In this document: positions 47,055 through 57,702 of the stretch, in pieces
Layout: every line of letters begins with the position of its first letter
How positions within the stretch are numbered: position 1 is the first letter of the stretch
From: Clostridiales bacterium
Lineage (GTDB): Bacteria; Bacillota; Clostridia; Christensenellales; CAG-138
Length of the DNA: 64,000 bases
Assembly (NCBI GenBank): GCA_015056105.1
Contig: SVGX01000001.1
Location: 33,023-97,022, forward strand
Direction: 5' to 3'
The notes under the pieces: generated by a model
What the model was told of the DNA's origin: nothing
Seen by the model: only the letters and a program-made list of their open reading frames with translations
The model's database searches: none
Position numbers and translations under genes: made by a program

Positions 47055-47248
47055 ACAATGATCTCCTTTCACCTGTGTTTGCTTTTCTGATAAACAGTAT
47101 AAAGCGGCTTTGGAAAGAAATGGTCGCCCGGGAAGCGACAAATCCATTTTATCATGCGGTATGCATCGGAGCAACGGCACTCTTTTTCTTCGCCCCGCGG
47201 TATGGTATAATAAATTGCTGAATTATACGGTAAAAGGAGGCGTGCAGC

Positions 47249-49516
47249 GTGTTTGCCCGTGTGATCATCGATATTGCCCATGCGAATGTGGACAGGCTGT
47301 TCACCTATACCGTGCCGGAAGAACTCAATGTGCGCCCCGGTCAGCGTGTGATCGTGCCCTTCGGTGCGGGCAACCGCAAAACGGAAGGCTTTGTGCTGGA
47401 ATTGAGCGAAAAAACCGATGTGGACAGCGTTGTGATCAAGCCCATCCTTCGCACCATGGAGCCTTACCCCGCGCTGACGGAGGAGCAGATTAAGCTTGCT
47501 TACTGGATCGCAGGTTCCTACCATTGCCTGCTTGTGGATGCCCTTCGGCTGATGATCCCCGCACAGATGCGGGGCAGCCGCATCAAGGAAAAGACCGTCA
47601 GAACGGTGCGCATCCGCCAAGGGGTGGATGCCAAAAAGGAAATGGACGCTCTTCTGACAAAGGCGGGCGTTTCCCGTGCCCCGAAGCAGACAGAGGTACT
47701 GGAACTTCTATTCCAAACGGGAACGAACATGAGTACCGTCGACATTGCGGCTTTTATCCCCGGCGCGGCGGGGGCTATCGCCGCACTTCTCAAAAAAGGC
47801 ATATTGGAAGAGGAAGGGAAGGAAAGCTTCCGCAATCCCTTCCATCACACCATGAAAAAGAAAACGGAGCCGCTGCCGCTGACGAATACGCAGCAGCGAG
47901 CTTTTGAAGGCATTGTCGAATGCCTTGACAAAAGAGAGGGCACATGCCTTCTTTACGGCATCACGGGCAGCGGCAAAACGGAAGTATACATGCAGGCCAT
48001 CGCCCGCGTTGTGGCGGAAGGCGGCAAGGCCATCGTGCTGGTGCCGGAAATTTCCCTGACACCGCAGGCCATGGAGCGCTTCCACAGCCGTTTCGGCGAG
48101 CGGGTGGCGGTGCTGCACAGCCGCCTCAGTGCAGGGGAACGGTATGATGAGTGGCGGCGCATCCGCCTTAATAAAGTGGATGTGGTCATCGGCGCAAGGA
48201 GCGCGGTGTTTGCGCCTGTTGAAAATCTTCATTTGATCATTGTGGATGAGGAGCATGAGCCTTCCTATTACAGTGAAATGACACCGCGCTACGGCGCGGT
48301 GGAGGTGGCCGCAAAGCGTGCAAAGCTGTCGGGTGCGGTGCTTGTTCTTGGCAGCGCAACACCTTCCGTTGCCGCATATAAACGAGGGCTTTCCGGCACA
48401 TATAAGCTGCTTTCCCTGCCGGAGCGGGCCAATGGCCAGCCCCTTCCCGAGGTGGAAGTGGTGGATATGCGAAACGAGTTCCTTTCGGGAAATAACAGCA
48501 TCTTCAGCGCTTCCCTTTACGGCGCGCTGAAACACTGCCTTGATGCGGGGGAGCAGGCCATCCTGTTCATGAACCGGAGGGGGTATTCCACCTTCGTATC
48601 CTGCCGCGGCTGCGGTTATGTGATGAAATGCAGAAACTGCGATGTTTCCATGACATACCACAAGCTGGGCGAGATGATGAAATGCCACTATTGCGGCGAG
48701 ACCACCCGTATTCCTACGGTATGCCCGGAATGCGGCAAACCTTATCTCAAATATTTCGGCGTTGGGACACAGCAGGTGGAAGAACAGCTTCTTACCCATT
48801 TCCCAGGTGTTTCCACCGTCCGGATGGATCATGATACCACCCGGACCCATAATGCTCATGAAGCGCTGCTGAGCCGCTTCCAGAGCGGCGGTGCGCAGGT
48901 GCTCATCGGCACACAGATGATCGCCAAGGGGCTCGATATCCCGAATGTGACGCTCGTTGGCGTTATCGCAGCGGATTCCATGCTGCATATACCGGATTTT
49001 CGCTCGTCGGAGCGTACTTTCCAGCTGCTGGCGCAGGTGGCGGGCAGGGCGGGGCGCGCAAAAAAAACGGGCCGCGTGATCCTGCAGACCTATACGCCGG
49101 ATCATCCCGTGATCGAGCTTGCGGCAAGGCATGACTATCCCGGCTTTTACGATTATGAGATCGGCGTACGGCGTGCGGCGCTGTTCCCGCCATACGGCCT
49201 GTTCCTTCGCCTTGTGCTTACCGGCGAAAACGAGGATATCCTTGCGGAGGAAACGAGCCGCACCGCGGCGGGGCTGAAGGATGCGGTGGAGGCTGCTCTT
49301 GCCGCCGCGGGGGCCACAGGGCCGGAGCTCCTTTACATGGAAGCATCGCCGGCACCCATCAAACGGCGGGAAGGCGTGTACCGCTATCAGGTGCTTTTGA
49401 AGTTTGCGAGGACAAAGCATACTGCTGCCGCAATCCGCGCTGCCTATGCCTTTCACGATGCCCACAGAAGGCCGGGTATGGGCGATATCGAAGTGAATCC
49501 CACCAACATGTTCTGA
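47249..49516 (+). CDS. priA: primosomal replication restart protein N' (PriA helicase)
   Basis: 755 aa with a GTG start. Walker A GITGSGKT, DEEH, and a Cys-rich zinc insertion (CRGCG...CRNCD...CHYCG...CPECG). Confidence 0.92.
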   Translation: MFARVIIDIAHANVDRLFTYTVPEELNVRPGQRVIVPFGAGNRKTEGFVLELSEKTDVDSVVIKPILRTMEPYPALTEEQIKLAYWIAGSYHCLLVDALRLMIPAQMRGSRIKEKTVRTVRIRQGVDAKKEMDALLTKAGVSRAPKQTEVLELLFQTGTNMSTVDIAAFIPGAAGAIAALLKKGILEEEGKESFRNPFHHTMKKKTEPLPLTNTQQRAFEGIVECLDKREGTCLLYGITGSGKTEVYMQAIARVVAEGGKAIVLVPEISLTPQAMERFHSRFGERVAVLHSRLSAGERYDEWRRIRLNKVDVVIGARSAVFAPVENLHLIIVDEEHEPSYYSEMTPRYGAVEVAAKRAKLSGAVLVLGSATPSVAAYKRGLSGTYKLLSLPERANGQPLPEVEVVDMRNEFLSGNNSIFSASLYGALKHCLDAGEQAILFMNRRGYSTFVSCRGCGYVMKCRNCDVSMTYHKLGEMMKCHYCGETTRIPTVCPECGKPYLKYFGVGTQQVEEQLLTHFPGVSTVRMDHDTTRTHNAHEALLSRFQSGGAQVLIGTQMIAKGLDIPNVTLVGVIAADSMLHIPDFRSSERTFQLLAQVAGRAGRAKKTGRVILQTYTPDHPVIELAARHDYPGFYDYEIGVRRAALFPPYGLFLRLVLTGENEDILAEETSRTAAGLKDAVEAALAAAGATGPELLYMEASPAPIKRREGVYRYQVLLKFARTKHTAAAIRAAYAFHDAHRRPGMGDIEVNPTNMF

Positions 49517-49570
49517 ACGCCGCTTTTTGCCCGAAAAGGGCCGGAAAACCGCTTTTTTCGGGCAGTGAGC

Positions 49571-49600
49571 TTGCCACCCCCACGGAAAATGGGATATAAT
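49571..49600 (+). promoter_or_regulatory. candidate promoter of def-fmt-rsmB-rlmN-stp-prkC-rsgA-rpe
   Basis: TTGCCA (49571-49576), an 18-nt spacer, then TATAAT (49595-49600). Confidence 0.5.
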
Positions 49601-49630
49601 AATATGATTTGCTGACAAAGGAGAACGAAA

Positions 49631-50113
49631 ATGGGAAAACGTAAGATCTTTACCGGGGATGCTTCCTGCCTTTACAAACAGTGCCGCCCCGTTGAAAAAT
49701 TCGATGCCAAGCTTGCCGCCCTTCTTGATGATATGGCGGAAACCATGTACGATGCCAACGGCGTGGGTCTTGCGGGCCCTCAGGTGGGTATTTTGCGCCG
49801 CGTGGCGGTCATCGACTGCGGTGACGGCCTTGTGGAGCTTGTCAATCCGGAGATCATCGAAACTTCCGGCGAACAGGGCTGCTTTGAAGGCTGCCTTTCC
49901 TTCCCGGGTGAAAGCGGCTATGTGGTGCGTCCGAATTTCGTGCGCTGCCGCGCATACGACCGCAACGGCGATCTTTACGAGTACGAAGGCGAGGGTCTCT
50001 TTGCCCGCGCTATCATGCACGAAACAGACCACCTTGACGGCAACGTATACAAGCGGCTGATCACGGATCCGCCGGAAGGCTATTCCGAAGAGAGTGAGGA
50101 GGACGGCGAATGA
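49631..50113 (+). CDS. def: peptide deformylase
   Basis: 160 aa. GVGLAGPQVG...EGCLSFPG...HETDHLDG. Confidence 0.93.
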   Translation: MGKRKIFTGDASCLYKQCRPVEKFDAKLAALLDDMAETMYDANGVGLAGPQVGILRRVAVIDCGDGLVELVNPEIIETSGEQGCFEGCLSFPGESGYVVRPNFVRCRAYDRNGDLYEYEGEGLFARAIMHETDHLDGNVYKRLITDPPEGYSEESEEDGE

Positions 50114-51036
50114 GGATCGCATTCCTTGGCACGCCGGATTTTGCCCTGCCTTCCCTGAAAATGCTTATTAAGGAAGGACATACGCTGCATGTCTTTACTC
50201 AGCCCGACAAGCCGGTGGGCCGCAAGGCTGTCATGACGCCGCCGCCGGTAAAAAAACTTGCCCTTGAGCACGGCATCCCCGTGTTCCAATGTGAAAAGAT
50301 CCGCATGGAGGAAGGCTGCGAAGCGCTCCGCGATTTTGCGCCCGATCTTATGGTCACCGCTGCGTTCGGGCAGATCCTCAGTGCGGAAAATCTTTCGATC
50401 CCGAAATGCGGCTGCATCAATGTTCACGGCAGCATTCTTCCTAAATACAGAGGCGCTGCACCCATCCAGTGGGCTGTGATCAACGGCGAAAAAGAGACCG
50501 GCGTCACCACCATGATGACGGATGCGGGCCTTGATACCGGCGATATCCTGCTCGTGAAAAAGACCCCTATCGGGGAAAACGAGACTGCAGGCGAACTGTT
50601 TGACCGCCTTGCGGAACTTGGGGCGGAATTGCTCAAGGAGACAATTGAAGCCCTTGAAGCGGGAATGCTTGTGCGCACCCCCCAAAACGAAGCGGAAGCC
50701 ACAAAATGTGGCATGCTCAAAAAAGAGGATGGCCATGTAGACTTTGATCGCGGTATGCAGTATGTTCACGACCGCGTGCGCGGCATGAATCCCTGGCCCG
50801 GCGCGTTTGCTTATTGCGATGGGGAAGTCATCAAACTCTGGAAAACGAAAAAGACGGATCTTCCTTCTACCAGCGTGCCCGGCAAATGCATCGCTGCGGA
50901 TCCGAAAAAGGGTCTTTTCGTGGATGCGGGGGATGGTGTCATCGAGATACTGGAACTTCAGTTTCCGGGCGCGAAGCGAATGGATGCAAAGACCGCCCTC
51001 CGGGGACACGATCTTAGCGGAAAGGTACTGCAATGA
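50110..51036 (+). CDS. fmt: methionyl-tRNA formyltransferase
   Basis: 308 aa. MRIAFLGTPDFALPSL...NVHGSILPKYRGAAPIQW. It has a 4-nt overlap with def. Confidence 0.93.
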   Translation: MRIAFLGTPDFALPSLKMLIKEGHTLHVFTQPDKPVGRKAVMTPPPVKKLALEHGIPVFQCEKIRMEEGCEALRDFAPDLMVTAAFGQILSAENLSIPKCGCINVHGSILPKYRGAAPIQWAVINGEKETGVTTMMTDAGLDTGDILLVKKTPIGENETAGELFDRLAELGAELLKETIEALEAGMLVRTPQNEAEATKCGMLKKEDGHVDFDRGMQYVHDRVRGMNPWPGAFAYCDGEVIKLWKTKKTDLPSTSVPGKCIAADPKKGLFVDAGDGVIEILELQFPGAKRMDAKTALRGHDLSGKVLQ

Positions 51037-52349
51037 GCATTCGACGCACAGCCCTCGAAGCGCTTGTGGATATCACGGACCGGGGCGCTTATGCAAACCT
51101 TCGCCTGAAGGAAGCGGAAAAAGGTCTTTCCCGGCAGGATGCGAAATGGGTGAGTGCAGCGGTGTATGAGACCCTTGATCACCTTCTGTATATTGACCAT
51201 GTGCTGTCCCAATACATAAAGGGAAGCCAGAAACCCATGATCCGCGGCATCCTTCGCCTCGGTGCTGCGCAGGTGCTTTTTATGGATGTGCCGCAGAGCG
51301 CCGCCTGCAACGAAAGCGTGAAGCTTGTGAAGGAGATCGGTAAAGGTGCCCTTTCGGGCTATGTGAATGGCGTGATGCGTTCCCTTTGCCGGGATACGGA
51401 TAAACCCGTGCCCATGCCGAAGGATGCACGGCAGCGTCTCAGCATCCTTTACAGCTATCCGCGCTATCTTGTGGATCTTTACTGCAATGCTTACGGTGAG
51501 GAATTTACGGAAGCGATGCTTTCCTCAAATGTACGTGAGCTGACCATCCGCGCACAGGCACCCTACAGTGCGGCAGAACTTGAAACGGAACTCAAAACGC
51601 GCGGCATCGCCTTTGAACGCGGCAGCATTGTTGCAGATGCGTTTAAACTGCAGCAAGGCTTTGATATGGCTTCCGATCCCCTTTTTGCGGCGGGGAAGAT
51701 CACCGTGCAGAGCGAAAGCGCCATGCTCGTGTGCCGCGCTGTGGGCGCTCAAAAAGGCATGCGTGTGCTTGATGCCTGCGCCGCTCCCGGCGGCAAAACA
51801 GCTTATCTTTCCATGCTGATGGAAAACGGCGGGCATATCGATGCCTGGGAGCTGCATCCGCACCGGAGGGAGCTTCTTCAAAAAACGCTTGCAAGGCTCA
51901 AGGTAAAAAACGCATCCGCAGAAACGCGGGATGCTTCCGTGTTTGCATCGGAATACCGGGATGTCTTTGATGCGGTGCTGCTCGATGCGCCCTGCTCAGG
52001 GCTCGGCGTGCAGGGGAAGCCGGATGCACGGTATGCAAAATCCCCGGCGGTCATTGAAGAGCTTTCCGCCATACAGGGTCAGCTTCTTGATACGGTGGCA
52101 GGTTATGTAAAACCCGGCGGAACGCTTCTTTATTCCACATGCACCATCTCACCCCTCGAAAATGAGAACTGTGCTATGGCGTTTTTAAAGCGGAACGGTG
52201 ATTTTACCGCAGCGGAGCTGACACCTTACCTGCCTGAAGCGCTGCATGCGCGGGCGAAGGGCGGTATGCTGCAGCTGTTCCCGCATCTTGACGGGACGGA
52301 AGGTTTCTTTATTGCAAAATTTCAGCGAAAACAGGCGGAACAGGCATGA
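51033..52349 (+). CDS. rsmB: 16S rRNA (cytosine967-C5)-methyltransferase
   Basis: 438 aa with a NusB-like N-domain. DACAAPGGKT...DAPCSGLG...YSTCT. Confidence 0.9.
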   Translation: MSIRRTALEALVDITDRGAYANLRLKEAEKGLSRQDAKWVSAAVYETLDHLLYIDHVLSQYIKGSQKPMIRGILRLGAAQVLFMDVPQSAACNESVKLVKEIGKGALSGYVNGVMRSLCRDTDKPVPMPKDARQRLSILYSYPRYLVDLYCNAYGEEFTEAMLSSNVRELTIRAQAPYSAAELETELKTRGIAFERGSIVADAFKLQQGFDMASDPLFAAGKITVQSESAMLVCRAVGAQKGMRVLDACAAPGGKTAYLSMLMENGGHIDAWELHPHRRELLQKTLARLKVKNASAETRDASVFASEYRDVFDAVLLDAPCSGLGVQGKPDARYAKSPAVIEELSAIQGQLLDTVAGYVKPGGTLLYSTCTISPLENENCAMAFLKRNGDFTAAELTPYLPEALHARAKGGMLQLFPHLDGTEGFFIAKFQRKQAEQA

Positions 52350-53398
52350 CGGGACTGACTTCGAAAAACATAGCGGAACTGCAGCAGCTTATGGCGGAAC
52401 TGGGCGAGCCCAAGTTTCGCGCAAAGCAGGTGTTTTCGTGGATCTCCAGGGGCGCAAGGCCTGAGGAGATGACGAATCTCTCCAAAGTCTTGCGGGAAAA
52501 GCTTGCCACACTTCATTTTGGCGGCGCCCGTATCTACGATAAACGGATCAGCACCAAAGACGGCACCATCAAATACCTGTTTGAACTTGAGGACGGCAAC
52601 CTTGTGGAAGGCGTGCTCATGCGCTACAAGTATGGCAATACGCTCTGCGTGTCCACACAGGTTGGCTGCAGGATGGGCTGCGCTTTCTGCGCTTCCACAC
52701 TCAACGGCTGTGTACGTGATCTTGAGGCGGGAGAAATACTTAGCTTTGTCGCCTGTGCGGAAAAGGATGTGCCCTGTGAGGAAGGCAGAAAACGCTCTGT
52801 TACCAACATCGTTCTGATGGGAAGCGGCGAACCTCTTGACAACTACGAAAACGTGGTCAGGTTTCTTCAGCTTGTCAGCGCGCCGGAGGGCATGAACATC
52901 AGTCCCCGCAATATCTCGCTTTCCACCTGCGGTCTTGTGCCGCAGCTTCGCCGTTTTATGAAGGAAGCGCCTCGTGTGACGCTTTCCGTTTCGCTCCATG
53001 CGCCCAACGATACAATCCGCAATACCATCATGCCGGTGAATGCGGCTTACCCCATGGCGGAGCTTCTCGGTGCCGCAAGGGAATATGCGGAGGAGACCGG
53101 CCGCCGCGTTATCTTTGAATACGCGCTTATCAAAAACAAAAACAGCGAAAAGAAGCATGCGGAAGAGCTTGCTTCCCGCCTTCGCAGGATGAATTGCCAT
53201 GTGAATCTAATTCCGCTCAACCATGTGGAGGAACGCAATCTGATGGGTGTTACCCGAAAGGATGCGGAACAATTCATGGGGTGGCTGACGGATCTTGGCA
53301 TTTCCGCCACTATCCGCAGGGAGATGGGATCCGATATTGAAGGCGCATGCGGGCAGCTTCGCCGCCGTGTACTTGAACAGCAGGAGGGCAATGCATGA
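52346..53398 (+). CDS. rlmN: 23S rRNA/tRNA (adenine-C2)-methyltransferase, radical SAM
   Basis: 350 aa. FRAKQVFSW...CVSTQVGCRMGCAFCAS...GSDIEGACGQL. Confidence 0.93.
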   Translation: MTGLTSKNIAELQQLMAELGEPKFRAKQVFSWISRGARPEEMTNLSKVLREKLATLHFGGARIYDKRISTKDGTIKYLFELEDGNLVEGVLMRYKYGNTLCVSTQVGCRMGCAFCASTLNGCVRDLEAGEILSFVACAEKDVPCEEGRKRSVTNIVLMGSGEPLDNYENVVRFLQLVSAPEGMNISPRNISLSTCGLVPQLRRFMKEAPRVTLSVSLHAPNDTIRNTIMPVNAAYPMAELLGAAREYAEETGRRVIFEYALIKNKNSEKKHAEELASRLRRMNCHVNLIPLNHVEERNLMGVTRKDAEQFMGWLTDLGISATIRREMGSDIEGACGQLRRRVLEQQEGNA

Positions 53399-54117
53399 TC
53401 TACGCCGCACGTTCCGTAACGGGAAAACGGGCAAATAACGAGGACAGCGTCTATGTGCCGAAATACGGCGAGATATCCCTTGCGGTCGTTGCGGACGGCA
53501 TGGGCGGGCACAGTGCGGGCAATGTGGCGAGCGCCATGGCGGTAGAAACTGTTGCGGCGGAGTTGAAAAAAGGCGGGGCAGGAAGCCCTTCCACCCTTGT
53601 AAAAAGCGCCGTAAACCGCGCGAATACCGCCGTTTACGATTATGCCCGCGCCCATTCGGAATGCCGGGGCATGGGCACGACCCTTGTGCTTGCGCTTGTG
53701 TTCAAGACCCGCTTCGTTGCGGCCAATGTAGGCGACAGCAGGCTTTACCATTACCATGCGGGAAAGCTTACCCAGATCACGGCGGATCATTCTTACGTGG
53801 CGGAGCTTCTTGCATCGGGCTATATCACAAAGGAAGAGGCGCTTCGGCATCCCCGACGCAATCTTATTACGCGTGCCCTTGGCACAAGGGCCAGTGAGAA
53901 GGCAGACGTGTTCGAATGCGCCTGGGAAGAAAATGATATCCTCCTGCTCTGTTCGGACGGTCTTTATTCCGAACTGGAGGATAAGGCTTTATTGGAAATG
54001 ATCGAAAAATACAAAAATATTGAGGATGCCTGCGATGCGCTTGTCAGGCTGGCCCTTGACGCGGGGTCAACGGATAACGTGAGCGCGGTGCTCGTGAAGA
54101 ATGGGGAGGTATGGTAA
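53395..54117 (+). CDS. stp: PP2C-family Ser/Thr protein phosphatase (Stp/PrpC)
   Basis: 240 aa. RANNEDS...VADGMGGH...GTTL...GDSR...CSDGL...DN. Confidence 0.9.
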   Translation: MIYAARSVTGKRANNEDSVYVPKYGEISLAVVADGMGGHSAGNVASAMAVETVAAELKKGGAGSPSTLVKSAVNRANTAVYDYARAHSECRGMGTTLVLALVFKTRFVAANVGDSRLYHYHAGKLTQITADHSYVAELLASGYITKEEALRHPRRNLITRALGTRASEKADVFECAWEENDILLLCSDGLYSELEDKALLEMIEKYKNIEDACDALVRLALDAGSTDNVSAVLVKNGEVW

Positions 54118-55970
54118 TGGTTGCGGATGGTCAGCTCATATCCGGTCGTTACCGTGTCAAAAACCTCATTGGCACGGGCGGCATGGCGAATGTTTATAAA
54201 GCGTATGATGAAGAACGCCACCGCATCGTGGCGCTCAAAGTTCTCAAGGATGAACACCGGGACGATATGGAATTCGTGCGCCGCTTTGAGCGGGAAGCGC
54301 AGGCAGTGCTCATGCTTTCCCACGACAATATCGTGCGCTCCTACGATGTAGGTGAGGATGGCGACTGCAGCTACATCGTGCTTGAATATGTGGAAGGAAA
54401 AACGCTGAAGGATATCATCCGGGAAGAAGGCGCACTGCAGCCGCGTACCGCGGTCAGCTATGCCTGCCAGATCCTCGATGCGCTTTCCCATGCCCATGAA
54501 CGGGGTATTATTCATAGGGATGTAAAGCCGCAGAATGTGATCATCACGCCCCGCGGCAAGGCAAAACTGACGGATTTCGGTATCGCGAGGGATGCTGCTG
54601 CCACGACGCGCACCTTTGCGGGGACCAATGTGATCGGGTCCGTGCATTATATTTCGCCCGAACAGGCGCGGGGCGACAATGCCACCGCCGGCAGCGATAT
54701 CTATTCCTGCGGCATTATGATGTTTGAAATGCTGACGGGCAGCGTGCCTTTCTCCGGCGATAATTCCGTTGCGGTGGCGCTCAAGCATTTGCAGGAGGAG
54801 ATCCAGCCGCCCATGCAGGTAAACCCGAAGATCCCCCGTGCGCTGAGTGATGTGGTGGTCAAAGCCTCCGCGAAGAATATCAATATGCGCTATTATACTG
54901 CGCGGCAAATGAAAACGGATCTGCAGCGGGCGCTGCGGGAACCCCACGGCAGGTTTGCGCGGATCTCGCACCAAAAAACGGCACAGAAAAAATCATCCGC
55001 CCGGAGTATCGGCAACATCGCGCTTTCCCTGGTGGTGGTGCTTGGACTTTTTACTGCGATGTTCTTCATTGCCCGCGCCATGCGGGATGATGAGATGGCG
55101 GGCGATGAATACGTGGTCCCCACGCTGGTGGGCAAGCCCTTTGCCGATGCGGAATCCCTTGCACAGCTGCGCGGTTTTGTGCTCGAAGTGATCGAGTACC
55201 GCGCCAGCGATGAGTTTGAAGACGGCGAGATCATATCTCAGGCTCCGATCGTCGGCACAAAAGGAAATGAGGGGGATGTGATCACTGTCATCGTCAGCAG
55301 CGGAAATGATTCGGAGACCGTGCCGAGCCTGATCGGTCTTACCGTTGAGGAAGCGCTTACTGCGATCCACGGTCTTGAACTTGAGATCGGTGCTGTGGAA
55401 TTTGGCGCAAGCGAGATGCCTGCGGGGAAGATCTATCAGCAGGATCCTCTGCCCGAAGCGGATACCTTTGCGGGCGATACGGTTAATGTTTGGGTCAGTG
55501 GCAGCGCGGGTATGAATATCGAAATGCCTGCTTTGATGTCTGTCCCAACACAGCTTGATGCAGCTCTTGAGATCCTGCTTGATGCGGGCTTTACCCATAT
55601 CCTTGTGCATCCGGAAATGCCGGATACCCTCGCGGAGGAAGAGACTATTCTGCGGCAGACGCCTTCCGCCAACATCACCGTGCCTTCCACCGTAACGGCG
55701 GAGCTTTGGGTATGTCGCACACAGCACGGGCAGTACAGTGCGGATATGGCTTTCAACATCGATATTACGGATGAAGAAAAGCCTGTAATGGTTACAGCGG
55801 TGATGGAAAACGGTGTGGAACTCGTTTTGTATGAGACCACTTTGCCCGTCGGTTCACAGCAGCCTGTTTCCTTTACCGCGTATATGCGCACCGGCGGCGA
55901 GCATGAATGCGTCGTTTATGTAGGCGGAGCGGAGTACCGCAGATGTACCGCGAAATTCTCTGTCAGATAA
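54111..55970 (+). CDS. prkC: Ser/Thr protein kinase with three PASTA repeats (PrkC/PknB-like)
   Basis: 619 aa. Kinase motifs GTGGMANVY, HRDVKPQN and DFGIA, then a TM helix and three PASTA-like units. The start is 54111 or 54117. Confidence 0.9.
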   Translation: MVMVADGQLISGRYRVKNLIGTGGMANVYKAYDEERHRIVALKVLKDEHRDDMEFVRRFEREAQAVLMLSHDNIVRSYDVGEDGDCSYIVLEYVEGKTLKDIIREEGALQPRTAVSYACQILDALSHAHERGIIHRDVKPQNVIITPRGKAKLTDFGIARDAAATTRTFAGTNVIGSVHYISPEQARGDNATAGSDIYSCGIMMFEMLTGSVPFSGDNSVAVALKHLQEEIQPPMQVNPKIPRALSDVVVKASAKNINMRYYTARQMKTDLQRALREPHGRFARISHQKTAQKKSSARSIGNIALSLVVVLGLFTAMFFIARAMRDDEMAGDEYVVPTLVGKPFADAESLAQLRGFVLEVIEYRASDEFEDGEIISQAPIVGTKGNEGDVITVIVSSGNDSETVPSLIGLTVEEALTAIHGLELEIGAVEFGASEMPAGKIYQQDPLPEADTFAGDTVNVWVSGSAGMNIEMPALMSVPTQLDAALEILLDAGFTHILVHPEMPDTLAEEETILRQTPSANITVPSTVTAELWVCRTQHGQYSADMAFNIDITDEEKPVMVTAVMENGVELVLYETTLPVGSQQPVSFTAYMRTGGEHECVVYVGGAEYRRCTAKFSVR

Positions 55971-55983
55971 ACGGGAGGCGCTT

Positions 55984-56862
55984 TTGGAAGGTTTGATTTT
56001 AAAGGGTGTCGGCAGTTTTTATACCGTTCTCGATGAAAACAGAACAGAATATGTCTGCAAGGCCAGCGGCCGTTTCCGCAAAGAGGGCATTATCCCTGTT
56101 CCGGGCGACCGGGTCAGCTTTCAGCGCAAGGCTGGGGAGGATGGTCGCATCACGGAGATACTGCCGCGAAAGAACCTGCTCATCCGCCCGGCGGTGGCAA
56201 ATGTGGATAAGCTTGTGATCGTCATGGCGGCATCTGCGCCGAAACCCGACCTGCTGCTTGTGGATAAGCTTCTTTTACAGTGCGAGATAGCGGGCATTGT
56301 CCCGATCCTTGTGTTGAATAAATGCGATGAACGGGATGAAGGATTGTATGCTTCTGTTCTGCGTCAATATGCACCCACCGGTTACACCTGCTATGGGGTA
56401 TCCGCCCATACAGGAGAAGGGCTTGATGCTCTGAAAAATGAGATAAAGGGCAATGTGTGTTGTTTTGCGGGGCAATCCGCGGTGGGGAAGTCCTCGCTGC
56501 TCAACGCGATTTTGCCGGAACTTTCTTTGGCTGTCGGCGGTCTTTCCCGCAAGACCGACCGGGGCAGGCACACCACCCGCCATGCGGAGCTTTGGCTTGC
56601 CTGGGGCGGCGCGCTGGTGGATACGCCGGGCTTCAGCCTGCTGGATACGGAAACGATGGAGCCGGAGGATCTTGCGGCCTTTTATCCGGAAATGCGGGAG
56701 TATGCGGATGGCTGCCGTTTTGCGAAGTGCCTGCATGCCAGCGAGCCGGATTGTGCCGTCAAACCGTTGCTCAACACGGATTCTCTTTCCCGTGAACGGT
56801 ATGAACGCTACCTCGAAATACTCGAAGAATTGAAAGAAAAGAGGAAACATAAATATGATTAA
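55984..56862 (+). CDS. rsgA: ribosome small-subunit-dependent GTPase A
   Basis: 292 aa with a TTG start after GGGAGG. It has a circularly permuted GTPase (LNKCD...GQSAVGKSSLLN) and a C-terminal zinc knuckle (CRFAKCLHASEPDC). Confidence 0.9.
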   Translation: MEGLILKGVGSFYTVLDENRTEYVCKASGRFRKEGIIPVPGDRVSFQRKAGEDGRITEILPRKNLLIRPAVANVDKLVIVMAASAPKPDLLLVDKLLLQCEIAGIVPILVLNKCDERDEGLYASVLRQYAPTGYTCYGVSAHTGEGLDALKNEIKGNVCCFAGQSAVGKSSLLNAILPELSLAVGGLSRKTDRGRHTTRHAELWLAWGGALVDTPGFSLLDTETMEPEDLAAFYPEMREYADGCRFAKCLHASEPDCAVKPLLNTDSLSRERYERYLEILEELKEKRKHKYD

Positions 56863-57505
56863 GATTGCACCTTCCATTCTTTCTGCGGATTTTGCAAACA
56901 TGGGCCGCGATGTGGAGCGGCTCAAGGTATGGGGAGCGGATGCCGTTCATTTTGATGTGATGGACGGCACCTTTGTGCCAACCATCACCTTCGGCCCCGC
57001 CATGTGCAAGGCTGTAAGACCCTATACGGAGCTACCCATTGATGTGCATATCATGGTGGATCATCCGGAAACATATATCGAACCCTTCAAAGAAGCGGGT
57101 GCAGATTATCTTACTTTCCATGCGGAAGCGGATCGCCATACCCACCGCACACTGCAGAAAATCCGTCTTGCGGGGATGAAAGCGGGCATTGCGCTTAATC
57201 CCGGTACGCCGGTTGCGATGGTGGAACCCGTGCTGAACGAGTGCGATCTCGTGCTTGTGATGAGCGTAAACCCGGGTGCCGGCGGGCAGAAGTTCATCCT
57301 GAATGCTCTTGAGAAGATCGAGCGGCTGGCACAGCTGAAAAAGGAGCGCGGCTATACCTATGAGATCGAAGTGGATGGCGGCATCAATGCGGAAACTGCA
57401 GCCCTTTGTGTCAAAGCAGGCGCAACGATGCTTGTTTCCGGCAGCAGTGTGTTCAAAGCGGCGGATCCCGCAGCGTTGATCGCCGAAATGCAGGCCATGA
57501 AATAA
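56855..57505 (+). CDS. rpe: ribulose-phosphate 3-epimerase
   Basis: 216 aa. IAPSILSADF...HFDVMDG.FVP...MSVNPG..GQ. Confidence 0.93.
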   Translation: MIKIAPSILSADFANMGRDVERLKVWGADAVHFDVMDGTFVPTITFGPAMCKAVRPYTELPIDVHIMVDHPETYIEPFKEAGADYLTFHAEADRHTHRTLQKIRLAGMKAGIALNPGTPVAMVEPVLNECDLVLVMSVNPGAGGQKFILNALEKIERLAQLKKERGYTYEIEVDGGINAETAALCVKAGATMLVSGSSVFKAADPAALIAEMQAMK

Positions 57506-57577
57506 ACTTTTTTGCACAAGAAATGCCTGCCCGCCTGCGTTTTTCGAATTTGAAGGACGCAGGCGGATAAAAAGTGC

Positions 57578-57605
57578 TTGCAAAGTTTTCGGAAATGTGT
57601 ATAAT
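57578..57605 (+). promoter_or_regulatory. candidate promoter of tRNA-Val
   Basis: TTGCAA (57578-57583), a 16-nt spacer, then TGTGTATAAT (extended -10, TATAAT at 57600-57605). Confidence 0.55.
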
Positions 57606-57625
57606 AGTACTTGCGCAAAGCGAAT

Positions 57626-57702
57626 GGGGTTATAGCTCAGCTGGTCAGAGCGCTACGTTGACATCGTAGAGGTCGTTGGTTCGATCCCAACTAATCCCAC
57701 CA
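57626..57702 (+). tRNA. tRNA-Val (anticodon GAC), CCA encoded
   Basis: Cloverleaf drawn by hand: acceptor GGGGTTA/TAATCCC (one G-T pair), anticodon arm CTACG-TTGACAT-CGTAG, T-arm GTTGG-TTCGATC-CCAAC. Confidence 0.9.

Noticed and set aside
49528-49564. Hairpin TGCCCGAAAA...TTTTCGGGCA after priA and hairpin CCGCCTGCGT...ACGCAGGCGG (57531-57567) after rpe, considered as intrinsic terminators
   Set aside because: Both have long loops and lack a downstream U-tract on the plus strand. They may still act as terminators or processing sites but are too weak to list as features.
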